Source: Sminthopsis crassicaudata (taxonomy: Eukaryota). Taken from it: a stretch of DNA of 64,000 nucleotides. Below, piece after piece: positions 49,470 through 61,880 of this stretch. Positions within the stretch are counted from its first letter, which is position 1. Each line of letters begins with the position of its first letter. Where the stretch lies: NCBI RefSeq assembly GCF_048593235.1, contig NC_133618.1, forward strand, positions 453,386,947-453,450,946, in the 5' to 3' direction. The notes beneath the pieces are model-generated. The model worked only from the letters and a program-made list of their open reading frames with translations, did no database searches and had not been told where the DNA came from. The translations under genes were made by a program, and so were the position numbers.

Positions 49470-50110
49470 ATTATTATAGCTTTTTATTTACCAGATATAT
49501 GCATGGGTAATTTTACAACCCTAACAATTGTCAAGCCTTTTGTTCCAATTTTTCCCCTCCTTCTCCCCACCTCCCCCAGATGGCAGGTTGACCAATACAT
49601 GTTACATATGTTAAAGTATAAATTAAATACAATATATGTATACATGTCCAAATAGTTATTTTGCTGTACAAAAAGAATCAGACTTTGAAATAGTGTACAA
49701 TTAGCCTGTGAAGGAAATAAAAAATGCAGGCAGACAAAAATAGAGGGATTGGGAATTCTATTTGGTGGTTCATAGTCATCTCCCAGAGTTCTTTCACTGG
49801 GCATAACTGGTTAAGTTCATTACTGCTCTATTGGAACTGATCTCATTGTTGAAGAGAGCAACATCCATCAGAATTGATCATCATGTATTGTTGTTGAAGT
49901 ATATAATGATCTCCTGGTCTTGCTCATTTCACTCAGCATCAGTTCATGTGAGTCTCTCCAGGCCTTTCTGAAATCATCCTGCTGGTTATTTCTTACAGAA
50001 CAATAATATACCATGATATTCATATACCACAATTTACCCAACCATTCTCCAATTGAGGGGCATCCACTCAGTTTCTAATTTCTGGCCACTACAAAGAGGC
50101 TGCCACAAAC
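49470..50110 (-). mobile_element. L1 3' end, same subfamily as 30298-31120, opposite orientation
   Basis: Reverse complement shares caatccctcta.ttttgtc.gcctgcattttt.atttccttcacaggctaattgtacactatttcaaagtc.gattcttt with the 30850-30930 copy. Confidence 0.92.
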
Positions 50111-51864
50111 ATAGGAGAAATTTTTTTTTCAGAATAAGACCAGAGATAAAACAACCCAGAGTAAGGGGCAGGGGTTTTCTTCAGAGTTTCTGCTATCTAA
50201 TCATTCAAATATATGAGGTAGCAAATTGTAGTAGGAAAATTTCTGAAGCTGGAGTTGGAAAGCTTGAGTACAAATCTTGCTTCTTCTGCCCATTGTCATG
50301 TCACAAAATCAAGCCACTTAATTATACAGATCCTCTGTTTTTTCATCTGCAAAACGGCATCTTGGGAAAATGTACAGTGTCCCAAAATCTTAAAATAATT
50401 TAAATATTTTAAATATATTTTAAACCATGCTAAGACATTTGGGATATCCTGTATTTAATGCTGACAAGAGATCTTAGAAGTCATTTTATCCAACTCCCCT
50501 CATTTTGAACAAGAAGAAAGAGACTCAAGGAGATTGTGTCTTTGTAATATCATAATATCATAGCTCTATAATTGGAATGGACCTAACAGAATAACTAATC
50601 TAAGACGTATATTTTACAGTTGAAGAAACTGAGACATAGGGATGTTAAATGGCTTGTCCATGGACATGCAAGTAGTGAGGGCCAGAGGTAGGTTTGAACC
50701 AGAGCCAGTGCTCTCCTCATTCTACCATGCTTCCTTGGCCAGAGTCCTATATGCATGAGTCCTTCCAACCCCTCCCTTCCAGGATTGTTTTGAGAAAAGC
50801 CTTTAGCAAACTTTGCAGTAATAGAGAAATAAGAGTTGTTATTATTTCCAGACCCAAATTTCGGGAAATTAAGGGGTACAGTACTTTGACTGTGGTCTCC
50901 TCCAACAATAGTACTTTGGCTTATCATTTCTCATAGAACAATAATATATTCCATTATATTCATAAGCCATAACTCATTCAACCATTCCCCAACTAAGGGG
51001 CATCCACTCAATTTTCAGTTCTTTGTCACTACAAAAAGGGCTGCTACAAACATTTGTATGTGTGTTCTTTTCCCGTTTTAATTATCTCTTTGGGATACAG
51101 ACCCAGTAGTGACACTGCTGCACCAAAGGCATGCAGTTTCATAACTCTTTGAGAATAGTTCCAAATTATAGAACACCTTCTTTACAACCCCTCAGTGAGC
51201 TGTTAAGTGGTGCAGGTATTATTATACTCATTTTACAGATGAGGAAACTGAGGGTCAAAAATATGCAGTGCCCTCCCCAGAGTCACTCAGCTAGTAATTA
51301 TCAGAAATAGAACTGACTCCTCACTTCAAAACCAGTGAGCTTATCTTTCCTGCCCTTGGGGGTCATGATCAAGCAGAAGGCATATGACATAGGTTTCAAT
51401 GGAGAAAAAATTCTGGATTAGAGCTAGATATGAATCTCACTTTTATGAGTTGAAGCAATAAAGCCCAATTCTACATATTCATTTTACTGGAGAGTCAAAA
51501 GGATCTGAGAATAAATGTAGGAAGTTACAATCAGACAGATTTGGATTCTAGTATGAGGGAAAGAAAAGCAGGGATCTTAGGAGGTAGTGAGCTTCTCCCA
51601 GTGAGGATTAGGAAAGCATAGGAGGGATTCCTACTCCAGGGAGAAATATAAACATGTAGTTCTGAGGGTATGAGGCTAGAAATGGCCTGTGAGGCCAGTT
51701 AGTCCATCTTCTCTTTTAGGTGATGAAAACCTGAAGTTCAAGATGGTGAAGGAAGTTGCCCAAGTTCCCCTAGCTCAAAGGCAGCTGAGCCAAAACCTGA
51801 TCCTTGTTCCTCTGACTTCAAGTGTAAACACAGTATTGGGCACAGAGTAAATATATGTATCTAA

Positions 51865-52207
51865 GCTATCTGTCAATCCATTTATCTATCTATTTATGTA
51901 TCAATCTATCCCCATCCATCCATCTCTCTATCCATTATCTATCATCTATTTATGCATCATTCTATACATCCATTTACCCATCTATCTATCCATTTATCCA
52001 TCCATTCATCTATCCAACCATCTATTTTAACCATGTTAAAATGTTCTGTACAGGTTTTTTTAAGGAATATATATTCCATTATATTATATTTACCTATATT
52101 TACCATATATGTGTGTGTGCATATATACATGTGTATATACAGAGAGATGACAGAAAGAATAGACATAAACATATATATATGATAGATTATATCTATACAT
52201 ACACACA

Positions 52208-52261
<54 letters not shown>

Positions 52262-52265
52262 ATCC
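51865..52265. repeat. Compound (TCTA/TCCA)n, (TA)n and (CA)n microsatellites
   Basis: Degenerate tetranucleotide array 51865-52025; (CA)n then (TA)n at about 52200-52262. Confidence 0.95.
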
Positions 52266-52947
52266 ATATATATGGATGCTAGACATATCTTCTCCTGAGC
52301 CCCAGTTAAGATTTGTCCAGTTCCCTCTAAGGTCTACGTTTCTGTGATTCTGTGATGATGCTGGCTCCTCTATAGTAGAATTCACCAGCCTTGAGCAGGG
52401 AGTCAGGAGATCTGGATTCTTTCTGTCCCCAGCTCTGTCACTGGCTCAATGTGTGACTTTGAGCAAGTCCCTTGTAGCCTCTGGGTCTGTTTCTCATTTG
52501 TCAAAGTCCCCTTCCCTCCTGCCTCCCAGAGTAATGGTTTCTTTCCCCTCTTCTTTTACCCTCCTCTATTTTCTCTCTAAAAAGAGGATTCTTTTTCCTC
52601 CGGTGGAATATGGACATGATAATCTTTTGAAAGTACTTGAAAAAAGATATAGAACTGCTCTGAAAAAAGACCTTTTGTCAGCTGTAAAATGTCCTAGAAA
52701 TGTGATTATTGTTATTATAGGAGTTTAAAGAAGGAAGAGGTTGGGGCTATTTAATGTCACCAGGAAAGTCTTCCTGGGAAAGGGGAGACAAGCCAAGACT
52801 TTAATGACAAAGAGGGGTTAGGTAGGTAAAAAAGGAAGGTATTTCAGGAAGGAAAATATTGTGAGAAAAGGTACAGTGACGAAAAGGACTCTCAGATGTG
52901 TAGAGAGCAAGGTGATTATAATTTGGGAACAGTAGGACAGACCCATG

Positions 52948-53272
52948 GCTGGGTCAGCCCCCGTGGCACATGCCCATGATCACAGCTATTTGGGAGGCTG
53001 AGGTTGCTGGATCTCTTGCGCTCTGGAGTTCTGAACTGTGGGAGGCTAAGCTGACCACAGTGACCCAGTGACCACACCAGTTTCAACTTATAGTGAGCCC
53101 TCAGGAAGTAAGTGGTACCAGGTCATCCAAGATGGGAAAAATGGCCCAGATCTGAAGCAGAGCAGCCCAAAGCCAATCATTTGTGGAAATAGCCAATGAA
53201 TAGGCCCTCCACTTCTAGCCTGGGTGAGAGAGGAAAATCCAGCCTTAAAAAAAAAAAAAAAAAAAAAAAAAA
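52948..53272 (+). pseudogene. RN7SL: Full-length 7SL (SRP) RNA retrocopy with poly(A) tail, inserted in an L2
   Basis: Colinear with 7SL: gctggg...gtggcacatgcc...cagctatttgggaggctgagg...ggatctcttg...ggagttctg (5' Alu domain), ccagg...ggcccagatctgaagcagagcag (S domain), gaataggccctccacttctagcctggg (3' Alu domain), then A26 at 53247-53272; CpGs decayed. Confidence 0.9.
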
Positions 53273-53819
53273 GGCTATGTCTGTAAAGGTAGGTTGAGGG
53301 CAGAATGTGAAGGGCCTTGAGGGCCAAAATTGGGATCTTGTATTTGATCCTGCAGACAATGGGAGTTAGGTCTTTAAACAAAGGAGTGACCAGATGAAAG
53401 CAGAATTCTAGCTTAAGGGTGGAGATCAGCTGATAGAAATCTCCCAGCCTGCTCTCCTCCACTTTCACCTTAACAACACAAGCATATCTCTGAAACTGAG
53501 ACCAGCAAGTCACCGCGCTGGAGCAGTGTGATATGATGGGAAGTATTACAGTCAAGAAATCAGGGAACTTGGATTCTAGGGCCGGCTATGTCACTAACTT
53601 ACTGTGTGGCTCTGAATAATCACTTTTCCCTTTTGGGGCCTCAACATCCTCATCTGTCAATGGGGTTAACATGTCTTGAGTCCCTTTGAGCCTCTGGGTC
53701 CAAGATCTGCCTGGTTCTGGCTCTTTTGTTATCCCCTCCTCAAGGAGGGATATGGTGGTAGAATTGCAGACTGCCCTCTGAATTTCCTGGCATTTGTGGG
53801 TCTAATCAAGCCCCATTAA

Positions 53820-53965
53820 TCCTTCCAAGTTTCAAAGCCCAGCACAGGAACCGCACAACTCCCCCGGCTTCTGCCGGGAATTGTGTGGCTGAATCCCAGG
53901 CAGGCCCTTTGAAAACCTAATTGGCGTCTTTGAATCTGGGGGCCTTTGATTTCACTTCCTGGTCT
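53820..53965. promoter_or_regulatory. Candidate enhancer with four TCF/LEF-type motifs and an ETS motif
   Basis: TTCAAAG 53831-53837, CTTTGAA 53907-53913, CTTTGAA 53928-53934, CTTTGAT 53944-53950, CACTTCCTG 53953-53961, in non-repetitive CpG-retaining sequence. Motif evidence only. Confidence 0.3.
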
Positions 53966-54639
53966 TTAATGGGCACAGTAGATTTAGCAGAAGAAAAAAA
54001 AAGTGAGAGAGAGGATGGATGTGATTCAGTACCAAGCATCCACCAACCTCTCTGAGAGGGAAGCGGTCCATGGAAGACAGCACTCAGAGAGGAAGGCTTC
54101 AGCTTTTCCCAGAATTCTCATCTTAAACAGGCTCAGCCTGGAAGGTTTTCTCTGCACAGTTAATGAAGAGGAAATGGATCCTATCTCTTGTCAGAAGAGG
54201 AAAAGTTTTAGAATTGGTGAAGAGATACACTGGGGAGAGAGGCTCGGAGGTAGAGGGCTACACTTGGAGATTCCAGTTCTTTTCATCCTGGACAAGTCGC
54301 TTCACCTCACTGGGCCTGTTTCCTCACCTGTAAGGTAGAGGCGTTGGGTTCCATGATCTAAGGACCCTTCCATCTCTAAACTTGTTATGTGCATATGTGT
54401 GTATACAAACCTAAGGTAAAAACAAAACAAAACAAAAAAACCTTCAAACTGACTAGCCAGAGAAATAAATAACTCCCTGTTGGGAGGGATTTTTTATGTA
54501 GTAGCTAGAACCCCCTCACATATGGCCTCCCAAGATTCAAGGCACTCTTTGTATCAGTGATCACTAGTAATGTTTATTACACTTACCAGATAATCAAAAA
54601 GACACATTAATTCAAAGCAAAAAATATTTAATCAAACCG

Positions 54640-54900
54640 CATAGCAAATTAATTGGGAATAATAATAGCAATAATGGTGCTTAATATGTGACAGGCATTG
54701 TGCTCAGAGCTTTACAATTATTATTTCCTTAGATTCTCACAACAGCCCTGACAGGCAAATGCTATTATGATCCACATTTTACAGATAAAGAAACTGAGGC
54801 AGAAAAACATTAAATTACTTGTCCGTGGTCATAGAGTTAGTGTCTGATACCAGATTTGAATTCGTATCTTCCTGACTCCAAGCCCAACATTGTCCTCTAT
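54640..54900 (-). mobile_element. MIR SINE
   Basis: gtgacaggcattgtgctcagagctttac...ctcacaacagccctg...attttacagataaagaaactgaggc...gatttgaattcg. Confidence 0.8.
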
Positions 54901-56929
54901 GCAATCTAGAAATATTTACACCATCTTCTTCACCCTATCATACAAGTATGCATTGGTTATACTCTCCATAGGTTACCACAGAACCAATGGATGCATATTT
55001 ATCCAACATGTGATCAGGGACCAAGCCTGGAGAGTGTACCCATGGGCCAGGAAAGGCAGGTGAAGGAACACATACTCTAGACCAGAGCACAGACCTAGAG
55101 GACCTAGGGGCAGATCGGGCAGAGGGCACAAGTGGCTGAACCAGTTCACAGCCCTAACTCTGATGATGTCATCACTCTGCTCTCTGCTAGGATGCTGCTC
55201 TCCACAAAGCACTGACATCTGTGCTGGATATAATGCCTTCTCTTTCCACAGAGTTACAACAGTCTCTATGCTTGTAAAGGTGCTCTCTGCTCTAGCAGTT
55301 AGGAAGCCTATGCCTTATAAAGGAAGGCTACCCCTTTTAGTGTGTAACTAAAGGCTATGAACCAACATTCCCTGTCAAATAGTTAACAAAAACTGGTCAG
55401 TTAATATGAAATCTTTTCTTTTTACCACTTTATTTCTGGTGTTGATAGCCCTTGGTTCAAGATAGTTATCTGATTTAGGGTTAGACTGTTCCTCATCTAT
55501 AGTAAATCCTTAGTTATTGATCTATATTCCCCAAAAGGCATAATTGGAGATTCCCCTAAACAAAACTGCAAAAGAACTATATGGTATCTGGGATGAGAAG
55601 CTTCTTCTCACTTCCATGTTCCTCACTGATTGGCATGCAAATGATCTCTCTATTTTTGCATCAAACCTAAATGTTTATTTCTGTAACTTTCAACTCTTGT
55701 TTCTACTCCTATGCATACTTAGAGTGTACAAAGTGCTCTGCCACTAGTTCTATTTTTTAAATACATGGCCTTAGTTCTATTTTTTTTAAATCAAGAAGAT
55801 AAAGGCTAACCCTATCTATATTATAATTTCTCAAATATTTGAAGACAGCTGTCACCTTACATAAGTATTCTCTTCTCCAAATTAAACATTCCCAAACCTC
55901 CTAAGGTCTTGAATGCATGTGTCTACAATAAACACAAATTAAATGAATATTTATTAAGCACCTACAGTACTGAGAAAGATAGAACTTTTAGATAAGAAAC
56001 AATCCAGGCCCTGGCAACATTTAGTTCGGTAGGTGGATAAGACATTAACATAGATAATTGAAATACACAACATTACACGATTAATACTGTAGAGAGGCAC
56101 AAAAAAGGTATTATATGAAGTCCAAAAGAATAGATCGATAGATTATAAGCAGGGATACACTGATAAATGTTTGATAACTGGTTCTCAGGGAATGAGAGGG
56201 TGGGGAGGAATGTATCTAGAATACATTTTAAAATTTATTAATATTTTTCCATCTCTTTCTTGTTAGACAATCAATAAAACAATGAACAATCCCTGATTTG
56301 TAGTAGCTGTGAATTTCCAAAAGGCAGGTAAGTGGACAAAATTCTGATTCTGGTATCAGAAAGAGCAGAGTTAAAATCTGGTCTCAGATAATAGCTAGTT
56401 GTGTGACCCTGGCTAGGCAAGTCACTTAAATTCCATTTGTGTCAATTTTCTCAATCTTAAAATGATTAAGATAACAATAACAGCATCTGGCACATAGCTG
56501 GTACTAAATAAATGCTTATTTCTTCCTTTTCCTCCACTTCTCTTAATACTTGGTTCTCATGTGTCAGTTGGAACTGTTTTCTGTATACCCTTGGAGCAGA
56601 GATTACAAAAACTTCAATATCTTTGAAACCCATAAGTCTCTGAATGTAACTACCAGATAGACTCTTACTTCTATCTCACAATATCGGTCATGGTACCCAC
56701 GGCTTCCCTTTTAATCTCTAGGACCTTGGGTCAAGAAAAGGGGATGGGGCAGGACAGAACATGGGATATCAAAACTGAGGAAAACCTTAGAATATTGAGT
56801 GTCAGAACTAGAGGGAATCTTAAACTATAAAATGGGGAGAGAAAGGAGATTGAAACACTGTAATAGAAGAGACTTCACAAGTTCCTACAGAATAAATACA
56901 AATACACATACCCTGAAGCTGCATCTCAA

Positions 56930-57180
56930 AGATTGTTGTTCAGCCATTTCATTCAAGTCCAACCTTTTGTGATCCCATTTGGGGTCTTCTTGGCAAAGAT
57001 ACTAGAAAGAGTTGCCATTTCCAGCTCATTTTACAGAAAGAAAAACTGAAGTAAACAGGGATAAGTGACTTGCCCAGAGTCACACAGCTATTAAGTGTCT
57101 GAGACCAGAGTTGAACTCAGAAAGACGAATCTTCCTGATTCTAGGCCCAGCTCAGAATCCACTGTACCACCTAGCTGTTA
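56930..57180 (-). mobile_element. MAR1-type SINE
   Basis: gttgttcagccatttc...gatcccatttggggtcttcttggcaaagatact...taagtgacttgcccagagtcacacagcta...ccactgtaccacctagctg. Confidence 0.85.
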
Positions 57181-58074
57181 GGGAATCAAAGAAAATATAT
57201 TAGAAGACAGTTTCCCCCTACTTCTTTGCCAAGATGCAGGTTCTACAAATGTAGAACGTTGTATATTATAAAAAAACTTTTTCAATCTAATGATTAGTTT
57301 TGCTGAATTTTTTTATTAAAAAGTATTTGTTATAAAGGATAGCTTCTTGGGAGAAGTTTGTGAGAAGATGGAAGGAATACTAGAGGAAATTTACATACAT
57401 TATATAAAAATAAGATATATCCATATTTTTAAGAGTGTTCCAAGAAAATGACCTATGCTTATAACTTAGTCTGTTTTCTCCTCTGGGTCTTTTTTTGCTT
57501 CCAGACTTCCCAAACCAAGACTGCAGTTGTCCCAGCCTGGAACTTCCTTCAATGCCTGGAACATATATGAAGCCTTCTCAACCTGGTAAATCCATCTTGA
57601 AGGCTTGCCATTTCTTCAAATTGTTATTTTTCTTGTGGCCCCCAATTTTGTGGACCATCCCACACTGGTCTTTATTCCCCTTTCGGGTATGTTCCTGGCT
57701 TCTAGACTTCATAACTATCTCTGCACTGGGTACCTTTATTTTTTTTCCTTCATCTCCCTTTTTATGTCCCTTTTGTATTTTGTCTTCCCCCATTAGATTT
57801 AAGGGCATGAGGGCATGCAATGTCTCTCTTTTTTTTCTTTTTAATATTTGTATCCCTAGCACTTAACATAGTGCTTCACACATGGTAAGTACTTAATAAA
57901 TACTTGCTTCTTTCCTTCCTTCTTCCGGTTCTATATGAGAGAAAATCTCTGTAAGGTAATCACCTCTGTTTGTGTACCTAATCTAATAGCTTTGGAGTAA
58001 ATCTTCCCCTAACAATGACTAACTTTGGGTAAGTCACATTACTTATAAGAGGGAGACCAGACTAGATGGTCTTT

Positions 58075-58175
58075 AAGAACTCTTCTAGCTCTGACATTCC
58101 ATGGTCTAAGTTCCTTCCAGCTCTCACAGTCTATATTCTAAGTTTCCTTCTAACCCTAACATTCTATGTTCTTTT
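58075..58175. repeat. Short array of the same ~31-33-bp unit as 13180-13515
   Basis: cttctagctctgacattccatggtctaagttccttccagctctcacagtctatattctaagtttccttctaaccctaacattctatgttct. Confidence 0.8.
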
Positions 58176-60279
58176 TCCTAATGTACCATTCAGGTTTTGC
58201 ATTCTATATTATAAGGCAAGTCTGCAGTAATTTTGAAACTTTTCCATAGAGAACCAATTGAAAGGACTGGGGATATTTATCCTGAAACAGTCAGTAATAG
58301 CAAATCTAGCATACAAAGTGTGCACATGGGTCAGCATGAAAGGCGCACTGAAGTCAACTTTTTAAGACTGAAAAATAGAGAAATTGAGAGACCTAGAGAC
58401 ACAACAATCCACTGACAACAATCCCCAAGAGCCTGCCCATAGAGGGATTCAGCAAATCTAAGGCATTGGCCCTAGCAGACAGGACATTGCTAATAGAGAT
58501 ACCAGGACTCAATAAGGCCTCTGCTTAGGAGGAAATCCTCCCAAGAAGGAAGGATAGATTTTACACTGGGGAGGGGTTTCCCTAGGGTATGACTATATCT
58601 GGGAAAAAATGACTCATAGCTTCCTATTTTAACTAATTCTCTCTCCCTCTCCCTTCCTCCCTCCCTTCTTCTCTTTCTCCCTCCTTCTCTCTCTCTCTCT
58701 GCCTCTCTGTATCTCTGTCTTTGTTTCTGTGTGTCTCTCCGTGTGTATATCTCTCTGTATCTCGGTATGTCTGTCTCTATGTCTCTCTTTCTCTCTCTTT
58801 TTCTCTTAGTATTAGTATCAATCCTTCCTATCTGCCAAAGGAATACAAGTACTGTCAGGATCCCTTAAAATTTAGTAGCACTTAGTCAAAGCTTCAATCA
58901 TTTCTCCCTACTGGGTTGTGAACTCAAGAAGTGACTTAGGGAATATAGAATAGCTTTCTCCAGATATTTCTCCAGAAGAATTATTATGGGGAAATTTTAT
59001 TCTACTTGGTATGAAGGATCAAACTAAGAACAACGGGGTGGGGGTGAGGGCATTTGAAGCAGAAAGGTTTTGACTCAATAGAAGAACACGAGAGGAGGTA
59101 TAGCTCATATTTATACAGTGTACTATATTTATAGTACAATATACTTTCAATCAATTGGACAGTAAGCATTTATTAAGTACTTACTAAGTACAATGTGCTA
59201 AGCATGTTCTATCATTTGCAAATGAGGATATTTAGGTTCAGAGCTGAGAAGTATTTTAAGCACATAACCAATAAATGACAAAGATTGAACAAGTGCTCAG
59301 GTCTCCCAACTCTTTCCACAGGTGGCTTTCAATACCTTTTTCTTCTGCTGACTAGGCACAGGCAGATCCTCCTGGCTCCCACTTTCCTGAGAGCTTAGGT
59401 TCTTCTTAGTCTCCAAAAATACTCTGGTTCTAAGGACAATGCTCTCACTCCCCTCAAGTCTCTTGGATGGAGACTGGTGGTCCTCAGAACCTCTTGCTTC
59501 TCTAAGAAGGTATTTAACCATACTCACTTCTTAATGCAGTTTGTTAAGAGCAGATATCATGGAGAGGGGAAATTCCATCAGAACAGCCCTGCTCCAAGTC
59601 ACTGAGAATGCCTCCTAAAGCTGTTAGGAAGTCTCTGCTGGAGCCGCCAGAGCTGAGCCTAGGTCACTAGGTCAGGGCTGTCTTTGGAAAAAGTTTAATT
59701 CAGCTTAGCTTCTTCCCAGCTCCCTGACCTGGCAGGAACTTCAGAACATCTGCAAAATTCCTAGGCAGCTTTGGCAAATGGGGACTGAGAGCCTACTCTG
59801 ACAAGCAGAGACCTGGAGGAAGAAGAATCATACAAGTTTTTCTTACTAAGGGCCCATCAAAACCAGTCACACTCATAGAAACAAAAGATTGAACTGGAAG
59901 AGGAAGGGAGGAAGGAAAGAAACAAGAGAGCATCTATTCCAACCCTTCCATTTTTATTGAGGAAGAAACATTTTACAGAGATGAAAAGTAAGACCGCCAA
60001 GAAATAAAGCCAGCATTCAATCCATTTTCTTGGACTCCGAATCCAGAGTTCTTGCCACAACTGTACATAGAGGGCCCTAGTATTCTCATACATCCCAGGA
60101 ATTTCCTGAGACCTAAAAACCCTGTAGGGATGCACCAGGCCCTGTCAAATTTGCCCTCCCCTTAGCCTAAGTGTCAAGCTACATAATTCAAAAATCAGGA
60201 CAGGGAAGAACAAAATAAGTCTAACCAGACAGAAGATTTTCTATATTTTCTCAAATTTGGAGGAAGGAACATTGAGGGT

Positions 60280-60590
60280 GGGAGAGGATAGGAAGAGAAC
60301 AGAGTTGGAAGAAATAGAGGAGGAAGAGGAGGAAAAGAAATGGAAGGAGGAGAACTAGAGGAGGAAAAATAATACAAGAAGAGAGGAAGAATGGAGGATA
60401 GAGAAGGAAGATGAATAGAGAGAAAAGGAGAGATGGAGGTAAAGTGGAGGAAGAAGAGAAGAATGAAAGAGAAATATAGGAGAGAAGGAATAGAGAGAAG
60501 GGAAGAAGAAAAGGGAGAAACAAGAGGAAAAGAAAGGAGGAAGAAAGAGAAAGGAAGAGGAGAGGAAAGGGGGAAACAGAGGGAGCTAAA
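60280..60590. repeat. Purine-rich (GA) low-complexity tract
   Basis: About 310 nt that are almost entirely A/G on the plus strand. Confidence 0.9.
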
Positions 60591-60898
60591 GGATTGTTTG
60601 GGTCTTAATGAAAAGGAATTCAAACCACATGCAATGCCCCCTCTCAGTTTCAGAGGGAGGGCCTGAGCTGGGATGATACCACATTGGCATGAAGCAATAT
60701 ATCTATCTTCAGGCTAAGACAAAGCAAATCCATTCATTGTCAGAAATCTCTCGACACCCCACGCTTCAGTTCAGCATTTGAAAGGGCCCCAGACTGGAGT
60801 GAGCGCCATTACTGAGGGACTTTGAAACCTTTTCCAGGAAAAGCATCATGAGATGCCTCCAGCCCTCAGGCTTCCCTTCACCTTTGGGAGACCCATAC

Positions 60899-61880
60899 NN
60901 NNNNNNNNNNNNNNNNNNNNNNNNNNNNNNNNNNNNNNNNNNNNNNNNNNNNNNNNNNNNNNNNNNNNNNNNNNNNNNNNNNNNNNNNNNNNNNNNNNNN
61001 NNNNNNNNNNNNNNNNNNNNNNNNNNNNNNNNNNNNNNNNNNNNNNNNNNNNNNNNNNNNNNNNNNNNNNNNNNNNNNNNNNNNNNNNNNNNNNNNNNNN
61101 NNNNNNNNNNNNNNNNNNNNNNNNNNNNNNNNNNNNNNNNNNNNNNNNNNNNNNNNNNNNNNNNNNNNNNNNNNNNNNNNNNNNNNNNNNNNNNNNNNNN
61201 NNNNNNNNNNNNNNNNNNNNNNNNNNNNNNNNNNNNNNNNNNNNNNNNNNNNNNNNNNNNNNNNNNNNNNNNNNNNNNNNNNNNNNNNNNNNNNNNNNNN
61301 NNNNNNNNNNNNNNNNNNNNNNNNNNNNNNNNNNNNNNNNNNNNNNNNNNNNNNNNNNNNNNNNNNNNNNNNNNNNNNNNNNNNNNNNNNNNNNNNNNNN
61401 NNNNNNNNNNNNNNNNNNNNNNNNNNNNNNNNNNNNNNNNNNNNNNNNNNNNNNNNNNNNNNNNNNNNNNNNNNNNNNNNNNNNNNNNNNNNNNNNNNNN
61501 NNNNNNNNNNNNNNNNNNNNNNNNNNNNNNNNNNNNNNNNNNNNNNNNNNNNNNNNNNNNNNNNNNNNNNNNNNNNNNNNNNNNNNNNNNNNNNNNNNNN
61601 NNNNNNNNNNNNNNNNNNNNNNNNNNNNNNNNNNNNNNNNNNNNNNNNNNNNNNNNNNNNNNNNNNNNNNNNNNNNNNNNNNNNNNNNNNNNNNNNNNNN
61701 NNNNNNNNNNNNNNNNNNNNNNNNNNNNNNNNNNNNNNNNNNNNNNNNNNNNNNNNNNNNNNNNNNNNNNNNNNNNNNNNNNNNNNNNNNNNNNNNNNNN
61801 NNNNNNNNNNNNNNNNNNNNNNNNNNNNNNNNNNNNNNNNNNNNNNNNNNNNNNNNNNNNNNNNNNNNNNNNNNNNNNNN
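60899..61880. other. Assembly gap (982 N)
   Basis: N run flanked by unique sequence. Confidence 1.

Noticed and set aside
54943-54995. Hairpin atgcattggtt...aaccaatggatgcat as a pre-miRNA
   Set aside because: Only about 8 contiguous pairs and a large loop; too short for a Drosha substrate.
59297-59600. 76-aa minus ORF and nearby GTGAGT donor-like site
   Set aside because: The ORF starts at the would-be intron start, there is no matching acceptor or coding-like upstream exon, and no recognisable protein.
60195-60666. Hydrophobic or basic low-complexity ORFs as membrane or nucleic-acid-binding proteins
   Set aside because: Translations of the GA-rich tract; likewise the ORFs over 20384-20658, 41782-41973 and 51855-52385 come from microsatellites.
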